NCBI GenBank assembly: GCA_963848635.1
Contig: CAWKEA010000006.1
Span: 4,419-68,418, forward strand
Source: an uncultured bacterium
Lineage (GTDB): Bacteria > Patescibacteriota > Minisyncoccia > Phycocordibacterales > PALSA-1337
DNA: 64,000 bases
Direction: 5' to 3'
The position numbers and the translations under genes were made by a program. Every line of letters starts with the position of its first letter. The first letter of the stretch is position 1. This document shows, one piece after another, positions 36,009-45,171 of this stretch. The notes under the pieces were generated by a model, which saw nothing but the letters and a program-made list of their open reading frames with translations, searched no databases and was not told where the DNA came from.

Positions 36009-38285
36009 CTATTTTTCTTCTTTGGTTATCTCCTTCCAACTATCTTCAGCTATATCTAAATTTTTCTTAACTTGCTCATCTTTAGATTTTTTAAGGTTGG
36101 CAAGTCTCTTTCCTAATGGGTATTTTTCCAGATTTATCCACAACCATTTTCCCTTAACAGCATAATCAAGCCACTGAGCCTGTTGGATTGATTCGAGCTT
36201 TTCAATCTTGGCTATTAGGGCATCCATTAACTCATTCGCATAAGCCTGTGGTGGTGCAATTATTTGGAACGAGGCATCATTAATAATCTGCGGAAAATTA
36301 TCTACGAGTATTACCGTATGTTTTGGTAAAATTTTAGGCCAAACAATTTCAGGTGAGCCAAGCTTATTGGTTACAAGGAATTTGAGTGCTTGATTGAGAA
36401 TACTGAAATCCTGAGCCGCATCAATCTTTACAAGAATCCTCTCCTCAATATCGACTCTCTTCCATGGGGCATCTTTTTCATCTGACTTCAAAATGGCCCA
36501 TGAGGTAATCTCTTGATTCAGGGCACTGATTTCATCGAAGATTTTCGTTTTCAATAAATTATCTCCGTCTTTAACATAATTTTTGATGATTATATATCGA
36601 TTTTTTCTTGCCTCAACATTTGGATCTTGCACTAAGTTATCAATAAGTGATGTCTTAATAAGACCGATCTCTTCTTGGATTTTTTCTATCTTCAACTTGG
36701 AAAAACGATCGATCATTAAATTAAGGGCTTCAATTGAATTTCGCCCATAGTAATCCTTAAGCCAATTAGCAATAAAGTAACTCTTGAAGGACCCTGCATT
36801 TTCCATTTTGATTGAGTTGAATTGATCAAGATCAATCGATGAAAATTTTAGTTTAAAGAGACCAGAGACGGTATCATCATTAAAAGAATCTAACCACTGC
36901 CAAAAAATATTCAGGATCTCCATCTTGGGATTCGGTGCTATATTATTGAGAAAACTATAGTCAGTTGGGGCTAATTTTTCTGCAAAAATCTTATGAGTAG
37001 GAACTTCCGATGGAAGGTCAACCAAGGCCATTAACAATGTCTTTAGAAAGTTAACTTTTGTTGGTTCGGCTACAGAAGGTGCCAGTTGTGTTATAAAGCC
37101 TGTAACACCATCAGTTGCCCTTGTAGGTCCCATGGATGATAGATGAGCACGTACCTGGACGGGGTCTCCAGTTCTAATGGCTTCCATAAAGTCCTCGCTC
37201 GATGGTCCACGCTGATCACCAAAACTCGTATCTGCGGCGAGAGAAAGATAGGGTTGAAGATCGAGTACTTTAAGATTCGAACCATTATAGAAATGCGGCT
37301 CTTCATATATAAACCTTTTCAGAAAATTCTGTTGGCTAAAAGACAAATCAGCTTTATTTTTTTCAACTACTTCATTGATTTGCGACGTATCTTTTTTCTC
37401 TACAGCATACTCAAGAGTACGAAGAATCTCCGGATCAACTACTATCTTGTCAAAAAGGGGTGCGCATAATTCCTGGATCACAAGAATACGAACAACGAAT
37501 AGTGGATTCTTTAGCATTTCTTTGAAATATGCTGCTCTTTTTTGATCGGTGTCCTCGGACTTCTGTTTTACAATTTGAAATGTGAACAGTGTCGTATCTA
37601 TGAACCTAATTATTTGCCTAAAATTACTTTCAAAATATTTGCTCAGATAGTTTGAAAATTTTGTTTTCTGGGCATCGTCTGAAAAAAACTCTTGGAGAGC
37701 TTCCGTATGTTTACCGAATTCGCCAGTGATAAAAGCATCGATGTCTTTTTTGATTGGGAGAGGTAAACGCCAATAAACATTGAATATCTTTTTCAGAAAT
37801 CTCCTGCCCTCTTCTAATTGCTCTGGTAGAAGACTGTCAGGAAGTAAATCTCTTCCAAGATAACCTTCTAGAACTGTCTGATCGCCAGTTACCACAAAGG
37901 TGATTTCTTTTTTATCAAAAAAAGTCCTGAGATTATCTAGAACATCCCTTGCCATTCCCGGTGTTACTCGATCAAGATCATCAACAAAGATAATCACTTT
38001 TTTCTGTTTAGTGCGAAAATGATCCAGTCTCTTATTTAGAAGATCATCAAACCTGTCCATTGTAACAATCGCATGATCAGTCTTCTGCGTCACAGTAATA
38101 CTTTGAATCACAGCTAAAAAGATCGGGATAATCAAGGTCACAAAGAAAAATTTCCACTGTACTGAAAGATTGGTAACAAAATTAAATAGTGGGCCATAAG
38201 TAAAAATTAAACAAATAACCACTAAGAAAAAATACCAGCCAGGAGAATAACTCCCAGTTAAGGATATTTTTTGAGACATCGACAT
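36009..38285 (-). CDS. KAP-family P-loop NTPase, main body (TM helices plus Walker B DDLDR plus C-terminal region)
   Basis: N-terminal hydrophobic helices precede KKVIIFVDDLDRVTPGMARDVLDNLRTFF. This is the Walker B / DDLDR signature with the membrane insertion typical of KAP NTPases. The Walker A segment lies upstream in another frame (next feature). Confidence 0.6.
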   Translation of the reverse strand: MSMSQKISLTGSYSPGWYFFLVVICLIFTYGPLFNFVTNLSVQWKFFFVTLIIPIFLAVIQSITVTQKTDHAIVTMDRFDDLLNKRLDHFRTKQKKVIIFVDDLDRVTPGMARDVLDNLRTFFDKKEITFVVTGDQTVLEGYLGRDLLPDSLLPEQLEEGRRFLKKIFNVYWRLPLPIKKDIDAFITGEFGKHTEALQEFFSDDAQKTKFSNYLSKYFESNFRQIIRFIDTTLFTFQIVKQKSEDTDQKRAAYFKEMLKNPLFVVRILVIQELCAPLFDKIVVDPEILRTLEYAVEKKDTSQINEVVEKNKADLSFSQQNFLKRFIYEEPHFYNGSNLKVLDLQPYLSLAADTSFGDQRGPSSEDFMEAIRTGDPVQVRAHLSSMGPTRATDGVTGFITQLAPSVAEPTKVNFLKTLLMALVDLPSEVPTHKIFAEKLAPTDYSFLNNIAPNPKMEILNIFWQWLDSFNDDTVSGLFKLKFSSIDLDQFNSIKMENAGSFKSYFIANWLKDYYGRNSIEALNLMIDRFSKLKIEKIQEEIGLIKTSLIDNLVQDPNVEARKNRYIIIKNYVKDGDNLLKTKIFDEISALNQEITSWAILKSDEKDAPWKRVDIEERILVKIDAAQDFSILNQALKFLVTNKLGSPEIVWPKILPKHTVILVDNFPQIINDASFQIIAPPQAYANELMDALIAKIEKLESIQQAQWLDYAVKGKWLWINLEKYPLGKRLANLKKSKDEQVKKNLDIAEDSWKEITKEEK

Positions 38286-38529
38286 CTAATTTTTTTAGCT
38301 CATGCTGATTACTCAGACTATCTTCAATATTATCGCTATCAGTCTTACGATAGAGAATTCTTATGAAATTTCTTAAAAATGATATTCTATCTACAGAAAA
38401 TTTCCACGGGTTAATATCAAAAAATTCGAATGAAGGGTCAAGCTCCTTTAGATACTTCTTTAGATCATTTAGAAAATGGGTCTTGCCTTCACCCCATTTA
38501 CCAGATATGCCAAAAATAAATGAGCCATC
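38286..38529 (-). pseudogene. KAP NTPase N-terminal Walker A segment, out of frame with the main body
   Basis: The minus strand encodes ...FGISGKWGEGKTHFLNDLKKYLKEL..., a GxxGxGKT P-loop. ATG at 38529 is in the +1 frame relative to it; a T5 to T6 change would fuse them as MAHLFFGISGKWGEGKT. A second 1-nt shift separates it from the ORF starting at 38285. Confidence 0.5.
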
Positions 38530-38691
38530 TTCCTTTTGATGTCTTCAAGCTAAGGTCTTTCCGATCTCTTTTATAAATGGGGTTCGATTATCCACAGAAC
38601 ATAATTTAACCAAAAAAATTATGTTCTGTCTATCTTATCAACTAAAATATTTCTTACTTCCTAACCGAAGAAAGTACAGTCCCATATACGG

Positions 38692-39438
38692 TCATGATAC
38701 ACCAGAAATTTCTAAAGAGCTTATAATCCTCCCCTCCTTTTCATGATCTAGTTTATAAGGAATCGAATCCTCTTCAAAACCAAACATCCTATAAATCGGC
38801 TGTATTATTTCATAAGTGATCTTTCCAAGAGCGGCGCGGTCATCTTTGAATTGAGTTGTGTCAAAAGAGAGAGTAAACTCATTTTCGCCCCCTTTCCAAT
38901 ATGCTTTACGAGTATTAATTTTCATAGGTCTTATATCTCCATTGACTAAATAATGCTTATCTTTTTGTAACCCAGCAAAACCTACCAGACATTCGACTGT
39001 GGGCCCTGGATTCTTGATATCTTTTAGAACCCTATTGAAAGCTATGACTGTATTAAAAGTAAACTCGATAAGGGCAAGCGGGTGTATCCGTGATTGATTT
39101 GTCTCAGCCAAAGCCTCTCCGGCACCCCAACAGAGAAAGTTTGAGATGAGTGCTCCTTGGACGATCAGAGTGCCATTATCTTTCACCTGGATCCTCTTGA
39201 AGTTATTTTCCGACTCGATACCGTGCAGATTGATTTGATAGCCGCCAGGCATTTCAAGATCCCATCCATGATGACGCAAGCGAAACGCTTTCTCGAAATC
39301 AGACTTCAAGCTGCCTGGTTCGTTTGAGAATAGCGTCTTCACAATATTAGAGTTAGAGCCTTGAGCGGCTTTTACAGAAAAGACCATGTAATAGAATGGT
39401 TCTGGAAAGACTGTTCCTTTTAGAGGTAGCGTACTCAT
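38692..39438 (-). CDS. hypothetical protein (248 aa), middle gene of the putative defence-like operon
   Basis: Intact ORF; no motif recognised. Confidence 0.55.
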   Translation of the reverse strand: MSTLPLKGTVFPEPFYYMVFSVKAAQGSNSNIVKTLFSNEPGSLKSDFEKAFRLRHHGWDLEMPGGYQINLHGIESENNFKRIQVKDNGTLIVQGALISNFLCWGAGEALAETNQSRIHPLALIEFTFNTVIAFNRVLKDIKNPGPTVECLVGFAGLQKDKHYLVNGDIRPMKINTRKAYWKGGENEFTLSFDTTQFKDDRAALGKITYEIIQPIYRMFGFEEDSIPYKLDHEKEGRIISSLEISGVS

Positions 39439-39483
39439 AAATATTTTTTGTAGTCCTTTATGTTACCGAATCTATCATACTCT

Positions 39484-40095
39484 TCAAATATCTTTTTCGT
39501 AGACTGGCCTGTCTGCTCTGATCAGCACGTCCAACTTGCCGTCCATTGAAACAAGGTGACTTTCGTAGTGCTGGCCTCGCCGGAGAGTTTCGTGGATCTG
39601 CTCGATGTGTGTGGCAGTGCCATGCTCCCCCGTCCTTGAATAATAGGCGAGATAGTCCAAGTTGTCTCTGCTGAGTTTCACCAGATATGGTCTGTCTCCG
39701 AGATCTTGGGGTATTTCGATATACAGCACATCTTTGCCATCTAAAATGCCGTATCGAATGTCGAATCTGACCTTGGGGTATACGTGATTTTCCAGATGCT
39801 GAGTGATTGTTTGTAAGTTTATTTTTGCCTTGTCAACACCCACCACATGATCAATTATTTTGTGAGGGCTGTTAGGCGCAGGTGTCTCAGCAATGCCAAC
39901 TATGATAAAGCCACCTCGTCCGTTCGCAAAGGCGCTGACATCCTTGCATAGTTCCCTCTGCTCTTTTTCAGAGCCGAGATCGTATAGCCGCTCTTTTACA
40001 TCAAGAATGGCGTTCTCGAGCTTTCCTTTGACGACCGAAAAATCTCCGGACTTGAGCATTTTCTGAAGATCATTGTATGTGTAGGAGTGTTCCAT
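39484..40095 (-). CDS. AlbA_2 / Schlafen-like ATP-dependent DNA-binding domain protein
   Basis: The segment VVKGKLENAILDVKERLYDLGSEKEQRELCKDVSAFANGRGGFIIVGIAE matches the AlbA_2 pattern (E..K......AFaN..GG.i.iGv.d). Confidence 0.55.
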   Translation of the reverse strand: MEHSYTYNDLQKMLKSGDFSVVKGKLENAILDVKERLYDLGSEKEQRELCKDVSAFANGRGGFIIVGIAETPAPNSPHKIIDHVVGVDKAKINLQTITQHLENHVYPKVRFDIRYGILDGKDVLYIEIPQDLGDRPYLVKLSRDNLDYLAYYSRTGEHGTATHIEQIHETLRRGQHYESHLVSMDGKLDVLIRADRPVYEKDI

Positions 40096-40283
40096 AATTT
40101 CATTTTGGACACTATTTTACCACACTTTTTTGTCTTTTTAACCTAAAATTGGGCCGACACAGCCGATCTAGAAAACGGCTCTAAACCGTTGTTCCAGAAT
40201 CCTCAGTTCGAGACCCGGAAGGGTGCTCGATTACCGGGCAAAAAATTTGGCTTAAAATAAGGGCAACTGAGTCGGCCTTGAGT

Positions 40284-40864
40284 GTGACCCTAGTTGTCGA
40301 CGGTTGGAAACAAATGATTAAGGAAATAACGACTTGGAGTAAGTTCAGAAACACAAGAGATGATAATGTACAATAAAAATTGACATATCTGCTAAATAAT
40401 AATATATTAATAAAAATCAGTTCCTGGGGAATGAAAGGACCCCAATATATGGACCGTAAACAAAGAGAAAAGGAAATGCGTGAGATGTATCCGAAACAGT
40501 TCAACCATCCAGAAATAAGGCCGGGTGAAATCTGGCTGGGGGATCAGATCTTTGATTTGGCCATTGCACATCAAATGATATATTCGACAAATGGTTTGCC
40601 AAACACCAGGCTCGGGAATCCTTCGCTGAGGGAACGCGAGGGGTGCGGCGATTTCAAGTTTGACTATCGTCCCCTGTTTGCAGACCTGCAAGAAGTCCTG
40701 GCACTCGAAGAAAAGAGTGCTCAGGAAAAAAAGCAAGGACAAGAAATGCCTGGTTCAAGCTAGAAGATCCACTCAGACAAAATTCAATATTTTCGACAGA
40801 CATTGCTGTCTGTCGTTTTTTACCCATTTGTGACCCTATTTAAGGAAAATCTTGAATTTTTGAA
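40284..40864 (+). repeat. 581-bp direct repeat R, copy B (uninterrupted; empty site for the IS30-like insertion)
   Basis: Identical to copy A minus the IS. It begins TGTGACCCTAGTTGTCGACGGTTGGAAAC and contains the promoter at 40380..40408 (TTGACA-N17-TATATT). Confidence 0.85.
40431..40763 (+). CDS. hypothetical 110-aa protein encoded in repeat R (copy B)
   Basis: Identical to 35452..35784. ATG lies 23 nt after the -10 element. Confidence 0.45.
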   Translation: MKGPQYMDRKQREKEMREMYPKQFNHPEIRPGEIWLGDQIFDLAIAHQMIYSTNGLPNTRLGNPSLREREGCGDFKFDYRPLFADLQEVLALEEKSAQEKKQGQEMPGSS

Positions 40865-40926
40865 TGAAACATTTGGAAACGCAAAGCTAGAGTCTCAACA
40901 TCCTAGAAAGGATTAACAAGTTGGCA

Positions 40927-41475
40927 CTAATTCAAAACGACACGTAATTTCGGCCACTTTTTTAGCCAATTCTTACTTTTAACTCTAGTATAAAAAATCC
41001 CAAGGTTTTCTCTATGACTAGGACTAGGTCTGACTATCAAATTAACAAGGTCGCTAATTCCGTGTGGTGCAATTATTTTAGGCTCTCCGTCTACCAGGGT
41101 TACTGCCACACAAGTAGGTGTTTCTACCCACTCTGATAGTGCATCAGATGTATTTTTATATGGCATTTTTCTGCTATGCCACTTGTGGGTATATGATTGA
41201 TTCACGATTTCCCAACTTAATCCCAGTACACCTTTCATTTTGCCTGAAAGCTTCTTGTCAGATTCTTCTGTGTTTTTTTCATCAAAATAAACCAGATCAA
41301 TATCATTGGTGTCGGCTATTTCTCTTTTTATATTGTGAAGCTTGTCCCAGACTTTATTCCTTAAAAAACCTGCTCCGATCATCCAGTCTGGCAAGTTAAG
41401 CTTGTCTGCTTCATAAAGGACATTCATCATCCACCTGTCTTCTTTAATCATTAGAATCAAATCAATTTCATTCAT
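40927..41475 (-). CDS. nucleotidyltransferase-fold protein (NTP_transf_6/DUF925-like)
   Basis: MIGAGFLRNKVWDKLH...TNDIDLVYFD has a GxGxxRN...DIDLVYFD pattern characteristic of that minimal nucleotidyltransferase family. Confidence 0.5.
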   Translation of the reverse strand: MNEIDLILMIKEDRWMMNVLYEADKLNLPDWMIGAGFLRNKVWDKLHNIKREIADTNDIDLVYFDEKNTEESDKKLSGKMKGVLGLSWEIVNQSYTHKWHSRKMPYKNTSDALSEWVETPTCVAVTLVDGEPKIIAPHGISDLVNLIVRPSPSHRENLGIFYTRVKSKNWLKKWPKLRVVLN

Positions 41476-41548
41476 ATTTAAAGTATAACAGAATTCTGAA
41501 CACCAGTGAGGTATACTGAAAAAACAATATTGTTAGCCTGGAAAAACC

Positions 41549-41620
41549 TGTGACCCTAATTAGAGCTGATTGGAACTAGTTGATCAAGGAGATGATACTT
41601 TGGCAAGAGTTTAGGGCTCG
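41549..41620 (+). repeat. third copy (diverged, ~65%) of the R 5'-end motif TGTGACCCTA...GGAACTAGTTGAT...
   Basis: ctgtgaccctaattagagctgattggaactagttgatcaaggagatgatactttggcaag aligns with the first ~70 nt of R. Confidence 0.5.
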
Positions 41621-41624
41621 GTTG

Positions 41625-42140
41625 TTAAATAACTCTTATAATCCCATTATCCGCATCTACTTCAATTTGATCTCCTGTCGTAAGGATTTTAGAGGCAAAT
41701 TTAGTGCTTATTATGCAGGGCTTGTTCATCTCTCGAGCAACAATAGCCGCATGACATGTGATACCGCCTTCATCTGTGATAAACGCTATCGCATCAGAAA
41801 AATAGGCGGCTAATTCAGGACGTGTCATGGGGGTTACAAGAATATAATTTTTCTCATCGCCCAAGACTTTTTTCGCGCTCGGATAATCCTCCTCTGACAA
41901 AACAACAACTCGACCGGATGCTTTGCCTTTATGAGCGGTCTTACCCTTGATAAAGCCCAGTTTTCTAGCCTCCTCAATATTTTCTATTTCCCTATCCTGC
42001 TGGTGTAAAAAATCAGCAATCGGTCTAACTAAATCATCGGTCAAAATAGAAAGTTTGTTATCGATCAGGACAAAGGCTACGGGACGGTTTTTAATTGCAA
42101 ATTTAATAACCGATTGATTGCCTTTGAGCAACTCGACCAA
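41625..42140 (-). pseudogene. 3' fragment of a PEP-utilizing enzyme (mobile phosphohistidine domain only)
   Basis: GGITCHAAIVAREMNKPCI is the PEP-utilizers signature. The N-terminal ATP-grasp / PPDK_N part is absent. The fragment abuts the R-end-like motif. Confidence 0.6.
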
Positions 42141-42580
42141 TTCCCCAAAAGCGTATCAATCAGCTGGAACTCAATGAACGCCGAAAGAAGAAGATACGCG
42201 AAGACTTGGCCTATCTGAACGCCAATAGGCTCTCGCTCCTCAAAACGGGCGCGTATACGCCGGAAAAGCTCGTATCTGAGGAAACTAACCTCAACATCGA
42301 ACTCACTGTTCTGTGCGAAACGGAGATGACCTCCGATGCCTCTATGAGAGAGACAATCAAAGAAGTAGTAAAACTTTCCGAACTCATCAAAAACCTATTG
42401 CCTCATTACTCGTTTGCCAAACCTGAACAGAAAGACAGAATGATACGAATTATTTTTTCCGAACTTACCTTGTCCGAAAATACGTTGCAATATAAGTGTA
42501 AAAAAGGATTTGAAGCCCTTTCTAGTCGTTTCATTGCCTCTTGTGACCCAAGTGGTCAACGGTTGGAAACACATAGGTGA
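42128..42580 (+). CDS. hypothetical ORF (probable gene fragment; no ATG, TTG at 42206)
   Basis: The open frame begins right after a stop at 42125-42127. It runs through the fourth copy of the TGTGACCC motif (42542..42600), which supplies its C-terminus. Coiled-coil-like (LELNERRKKKIREDLAYLNANRL). Confidence 0.3.
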   Translation, partial: ATRPIPQKRINQLELNERRKKKIREDLAYLNANRLSLLKTGAYTPEKLVSEETNLNIELTVLCETEMTSDASMRETIKEVVKLSELIKNLLPHYSFAKPEQKDRMIRIIFSELTLSENTLQYKCKKGFEALSSRFIASCDPSGQRLETHR

Positions 42581-42600
42581 GGAGATAAGACATTTTCAGC
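42542..42600 (+). repeat. fourth copy (~75%) of the R 5'-end motif
   Basis: tgtgacccaagtggtcaacggttggaaacacataggtgaggagataagac. Confidence 0.5.
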
Positions 42601-42611
42601 TATTCATCACA

Positions 42612-42650
42612 TAGAAAAAGCTCTGCAAAACTTTCGAAATGCAGAGCCTT
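42612..42650 (+). terminator. hairpin terminator
   Basis: GCTCTGCAaaactttcgaaaTGCAGAGC followed by CTTCTTTG. Confidence 0.45.
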
Positions 42651-42871
42651 CTTTGAAGATACGATAGCGACTATAGGAGCGCGAAGCAATGCGAACGGGA
42701 GCGTAAGGCGCGCGGCAATACCCTGTAGAAGCGGACATGCTCGCGCTTCCATTGGTTATTAAGCACCACGGACATTATCCGCGACCGTGTACGGCTTGGC
42801 TCGCCACAAAATTATCATCACCATTTCTTGCTCAAACTCTGCTCAACAAATTTCTAATATTCATCAAAAAA

Positions 42872-42905
42872 AAGGGTACGATTTTACTCGTACCCTTGAG
42901 GGGAG
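42872..42905 (-). terminator. rho-independent terminator for the small minus-strand gene
   Basis: Minus strand: GGGTACGagtaaaatCGTACCC followed by TTTTTTTT. Confidence 0.55.
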
Positions 42906-42925
42906 CTTGGAGACTTTTGCCGCCC

Positions 42926-43108
42926 TTACTGATTTCGGCGAAAAAATCTCTTAATCCTGCCGATAAGGCGATCCAAGGCATCAGGATTTTCGGCTGCTTT
43001 CCGGCGTTGCTCTTGTTCTTGCTCAATCAAGGCGTTATATGCCTCGGGATGCCTCCGAGCCAAAGCACCTCTCTCATACTCTTGTTGATCTAAGGGGTGA
43101 GTAAACAT
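42926..43108 (-). CDS. small charged helical protein (60 aa)
   Basis: The ORF is followed by a strong terminator. It sits at the head of the aaRS-paralog cluster but is divergently oriented. Confidence 0.35.
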   Translation of the reverse strand: MFTHPLDQQEYERGALARRHPEAYNALIEQEQEQRRKAAENPDALDRLIGRIKRFFRRNQ

Positions 43109-43201
43109 ATCAATCCCTCCTTTCTGAAAAGAATCTTAACACACATTTGCCGAGTATCACAATAGATTTTATTTGATGTCATTTAGCAGTATAATGGTAT
43201 T

Positions 43202-44320
43202 ATGATCGACAAATTTTTTGAAGACGAATTAAAGCTTGCAACAGATGATGCGAATGTGTTTACTTCGCTCAATAGTCAACATATTCTTCGACCACCTTCA
43301 TACGATCCGAATAGATATATTGATGATTTGGTCAACAATAAATATTTTGCTGCCCTTACAATTTTAAGACACCACATTAAGCGCGCGAGTGACGAATATT
43401 GGTCAGGTGTCGGGGCAAAAAATATTGATTTGTTCATGATGACACCCAGCGCATCTTCCCCTATGGGGCCTGGATCTGATTCTGAAGTCATAACTATTCA
43501 ATTTGGAGATAACAAGACCAATCTTACCGACTCATCTCAATTCGGATTTGAGCCACTTATGTTTCATTTTGATAAAGTTTACTGCTACCTTCCATCAATG
43601 CGTGGAGAAAATCCGGATGCAAGACACCTCAATCAATTTTTTCATTGCGAAGCAGAAATTGTTGGTACTCTAGAAGTTTTACTACCAATCGTTGAGGGCT
43701 ATGTGCGCGCCCTTTCTCAAATACTGATTGCCCTCACACCAATAGTTAAGCTTATGAGTATTGACTTTGATAAGACAAATTCTACATTACAATCTATTAT
43801 TTCTTCAAATTCTTTTCAGAGAAAAACTTTTGATGAGGTGTATCCCTGGCTGCAACAAAATCCATCTTTTTACACGAAGAATGATTTTGGCAGAAATATC
43901 ACAAATTCCGGAGAGATAGCACTTGCGGAACATAATGGTGAAGGATTACCTATGTGGCTATGCTCTTATGACAGAGATATTGTGCCATTTTATCAAAAAC
44001 CAAATCCTGCTGATCCAAACATAGTTATTAACGCGGACTTATTATTTAATCCGATCGTTAAAGGAGGTTTTGGCGGCGAAATCGTTGGTTCTGGACAGCG
44101 TCAAAACATACCCGAGGAAATAGTTGAATCCATGGGTAGACAACAGGTTGGGATTGAGCCATACGAGTGGTACATAAACTTGCGCAAGTATCCACATTAC
44201 AAAATTACGTCAGGATTCGGACTTGGTATCGAGCGTTTTATAGCCTGGGCACTTGGATATCCAGATATTAAAGATGTAATTCATTATCCACGACTTAAAA
44301 ATATTAAAACATTACCTTAA
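43202..44320 (+). CDS. class II aminoacyl-tRNA synthetase catalytic-core paralog, AsnA/AsnRS-AspRS-like (no anticodon-binding domain)
   Basis: PSMRGENPDARHLNQFFHCEAEI is a class IIb motif 2 (compare AspRS [20 protein letters not shown]). ESMGRQQ...EPYEWYINLRKYPHYKITSGFGLGIERFIAWALG contains motif 3 GLGIER and parallels E. coli AsnA SSMGIRVD...GGGIGQSRL. 372 aa is catalytic-domain size. Confidence 0.7.
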   Translation: MIDKFFEDELKLATDDANVFTSLNSQHILRPPSYDPNRYIDDLVNNKYFAALTILRHHIKRASDEYWSGVGAKNIDLFMMTPSASSPMGPGSDSEVITIQFGDNKTNLTDSSQFGFEPLMFHFDKVYCYLPSMRGENPDARHLNQFFHCEAEIVGTLEVLLPIVEGYVRALSQILIALTPIVKLMSIDFDKTNSTLQSIISSNSFQRKTFDEVYPWLQQNPSFYTKNDFGRNITNSGEIALAEHNGEGLPMWLCSYDRDIVPFYQKPNPADPNIVINADLLFNPIVKGGFGGEIVGSGQRQNIPEEIVESMGRQQVGIEPYEWYINLRKYPHYKITSGFGLGIERFIAWALGYPDIKDVIHYPRLKNIKTLP

Positions 44321-44337
44321 TATGAAAAAAGAAATAT

Positions 44338-45167
44338 TTGACTCATTTTTTAATCCCTACTCAAAAAACGGTTGACGATGTCGCTACTGTGAGTGCGTTT
44401 TGGAGATTATCAGACGAGATTATTACAAAAATAATTCAACAGGAAATTGCACCGTACTGCACGAATGAATCGTTGATAATGGATGCTGGCGGAGGGACTG
44501 GTCGTTGGGCAGTAAAGTTAAGTAAATTCTTGAAAGGTAAAATTGTGGTCTTTGATCGTTCAAAGGATATGCTCGCCAAGGCGCGGGAAAATATCGAACA
44601 TGGAGGTGCTTCTGACCGAATCAATATTGTTGAGGGAGATTTAACAAACATTGAGCATTTCAAGAATGAAAGCGTTGATCATATTGTAAGTATCTACAGT
44701 CCCCTGAGTTTTATCTACGAACAAACAAAGGCAGCCCAAGAAATGCTTCGTATTTTGAAGCCGGGTGGTCGAATACTTATTATGAGTCATGGGCATTTCA
44801 ACGCAATAGCATCAAAAATAAACAACTACAAAGCTAGTTTGAAAGAGCTGAAAAATCTTTTGGATACACGAATGGTCAAATGGGCACCGCCATGTCCCCA
44901 GAACTAGTAACTCATTCTAAAGAATCCATTGAGAAACTATTTTCGGGTGTCGGCTTTCAAATTATCAAAACATACGGTGTTCCTGTGTTTGTTCAACCCG
45001 GAAACGAAGACTTTGATCCAAACAATAGAAAGAAGAGTGGGATAAGTGAATACATAGAGGATACTGATAATTTTGCATCAATACTCGAGCTCGAAATGAA
45101 GTATAACTCTTTAGACGCGGTTGCTAATCGCGGCATGAATATTTTTATGTTAGCCGAGAAGAAATAA
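44338..45167 (+). CDS. class I SAM-dependent methyltransferase, frameshifted in an A5 run (~44851-44855)
   Basis: Motif I MDAGGGTGRWAVKL; post-II ILKPGGRILIMSHG. The C-terminal part continues in the -1 frame (44880..45167); one extra A in GCTGAAAAATC joins the two. Confidence 0.7.
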
Positions 45168-45171
45168 TCCT

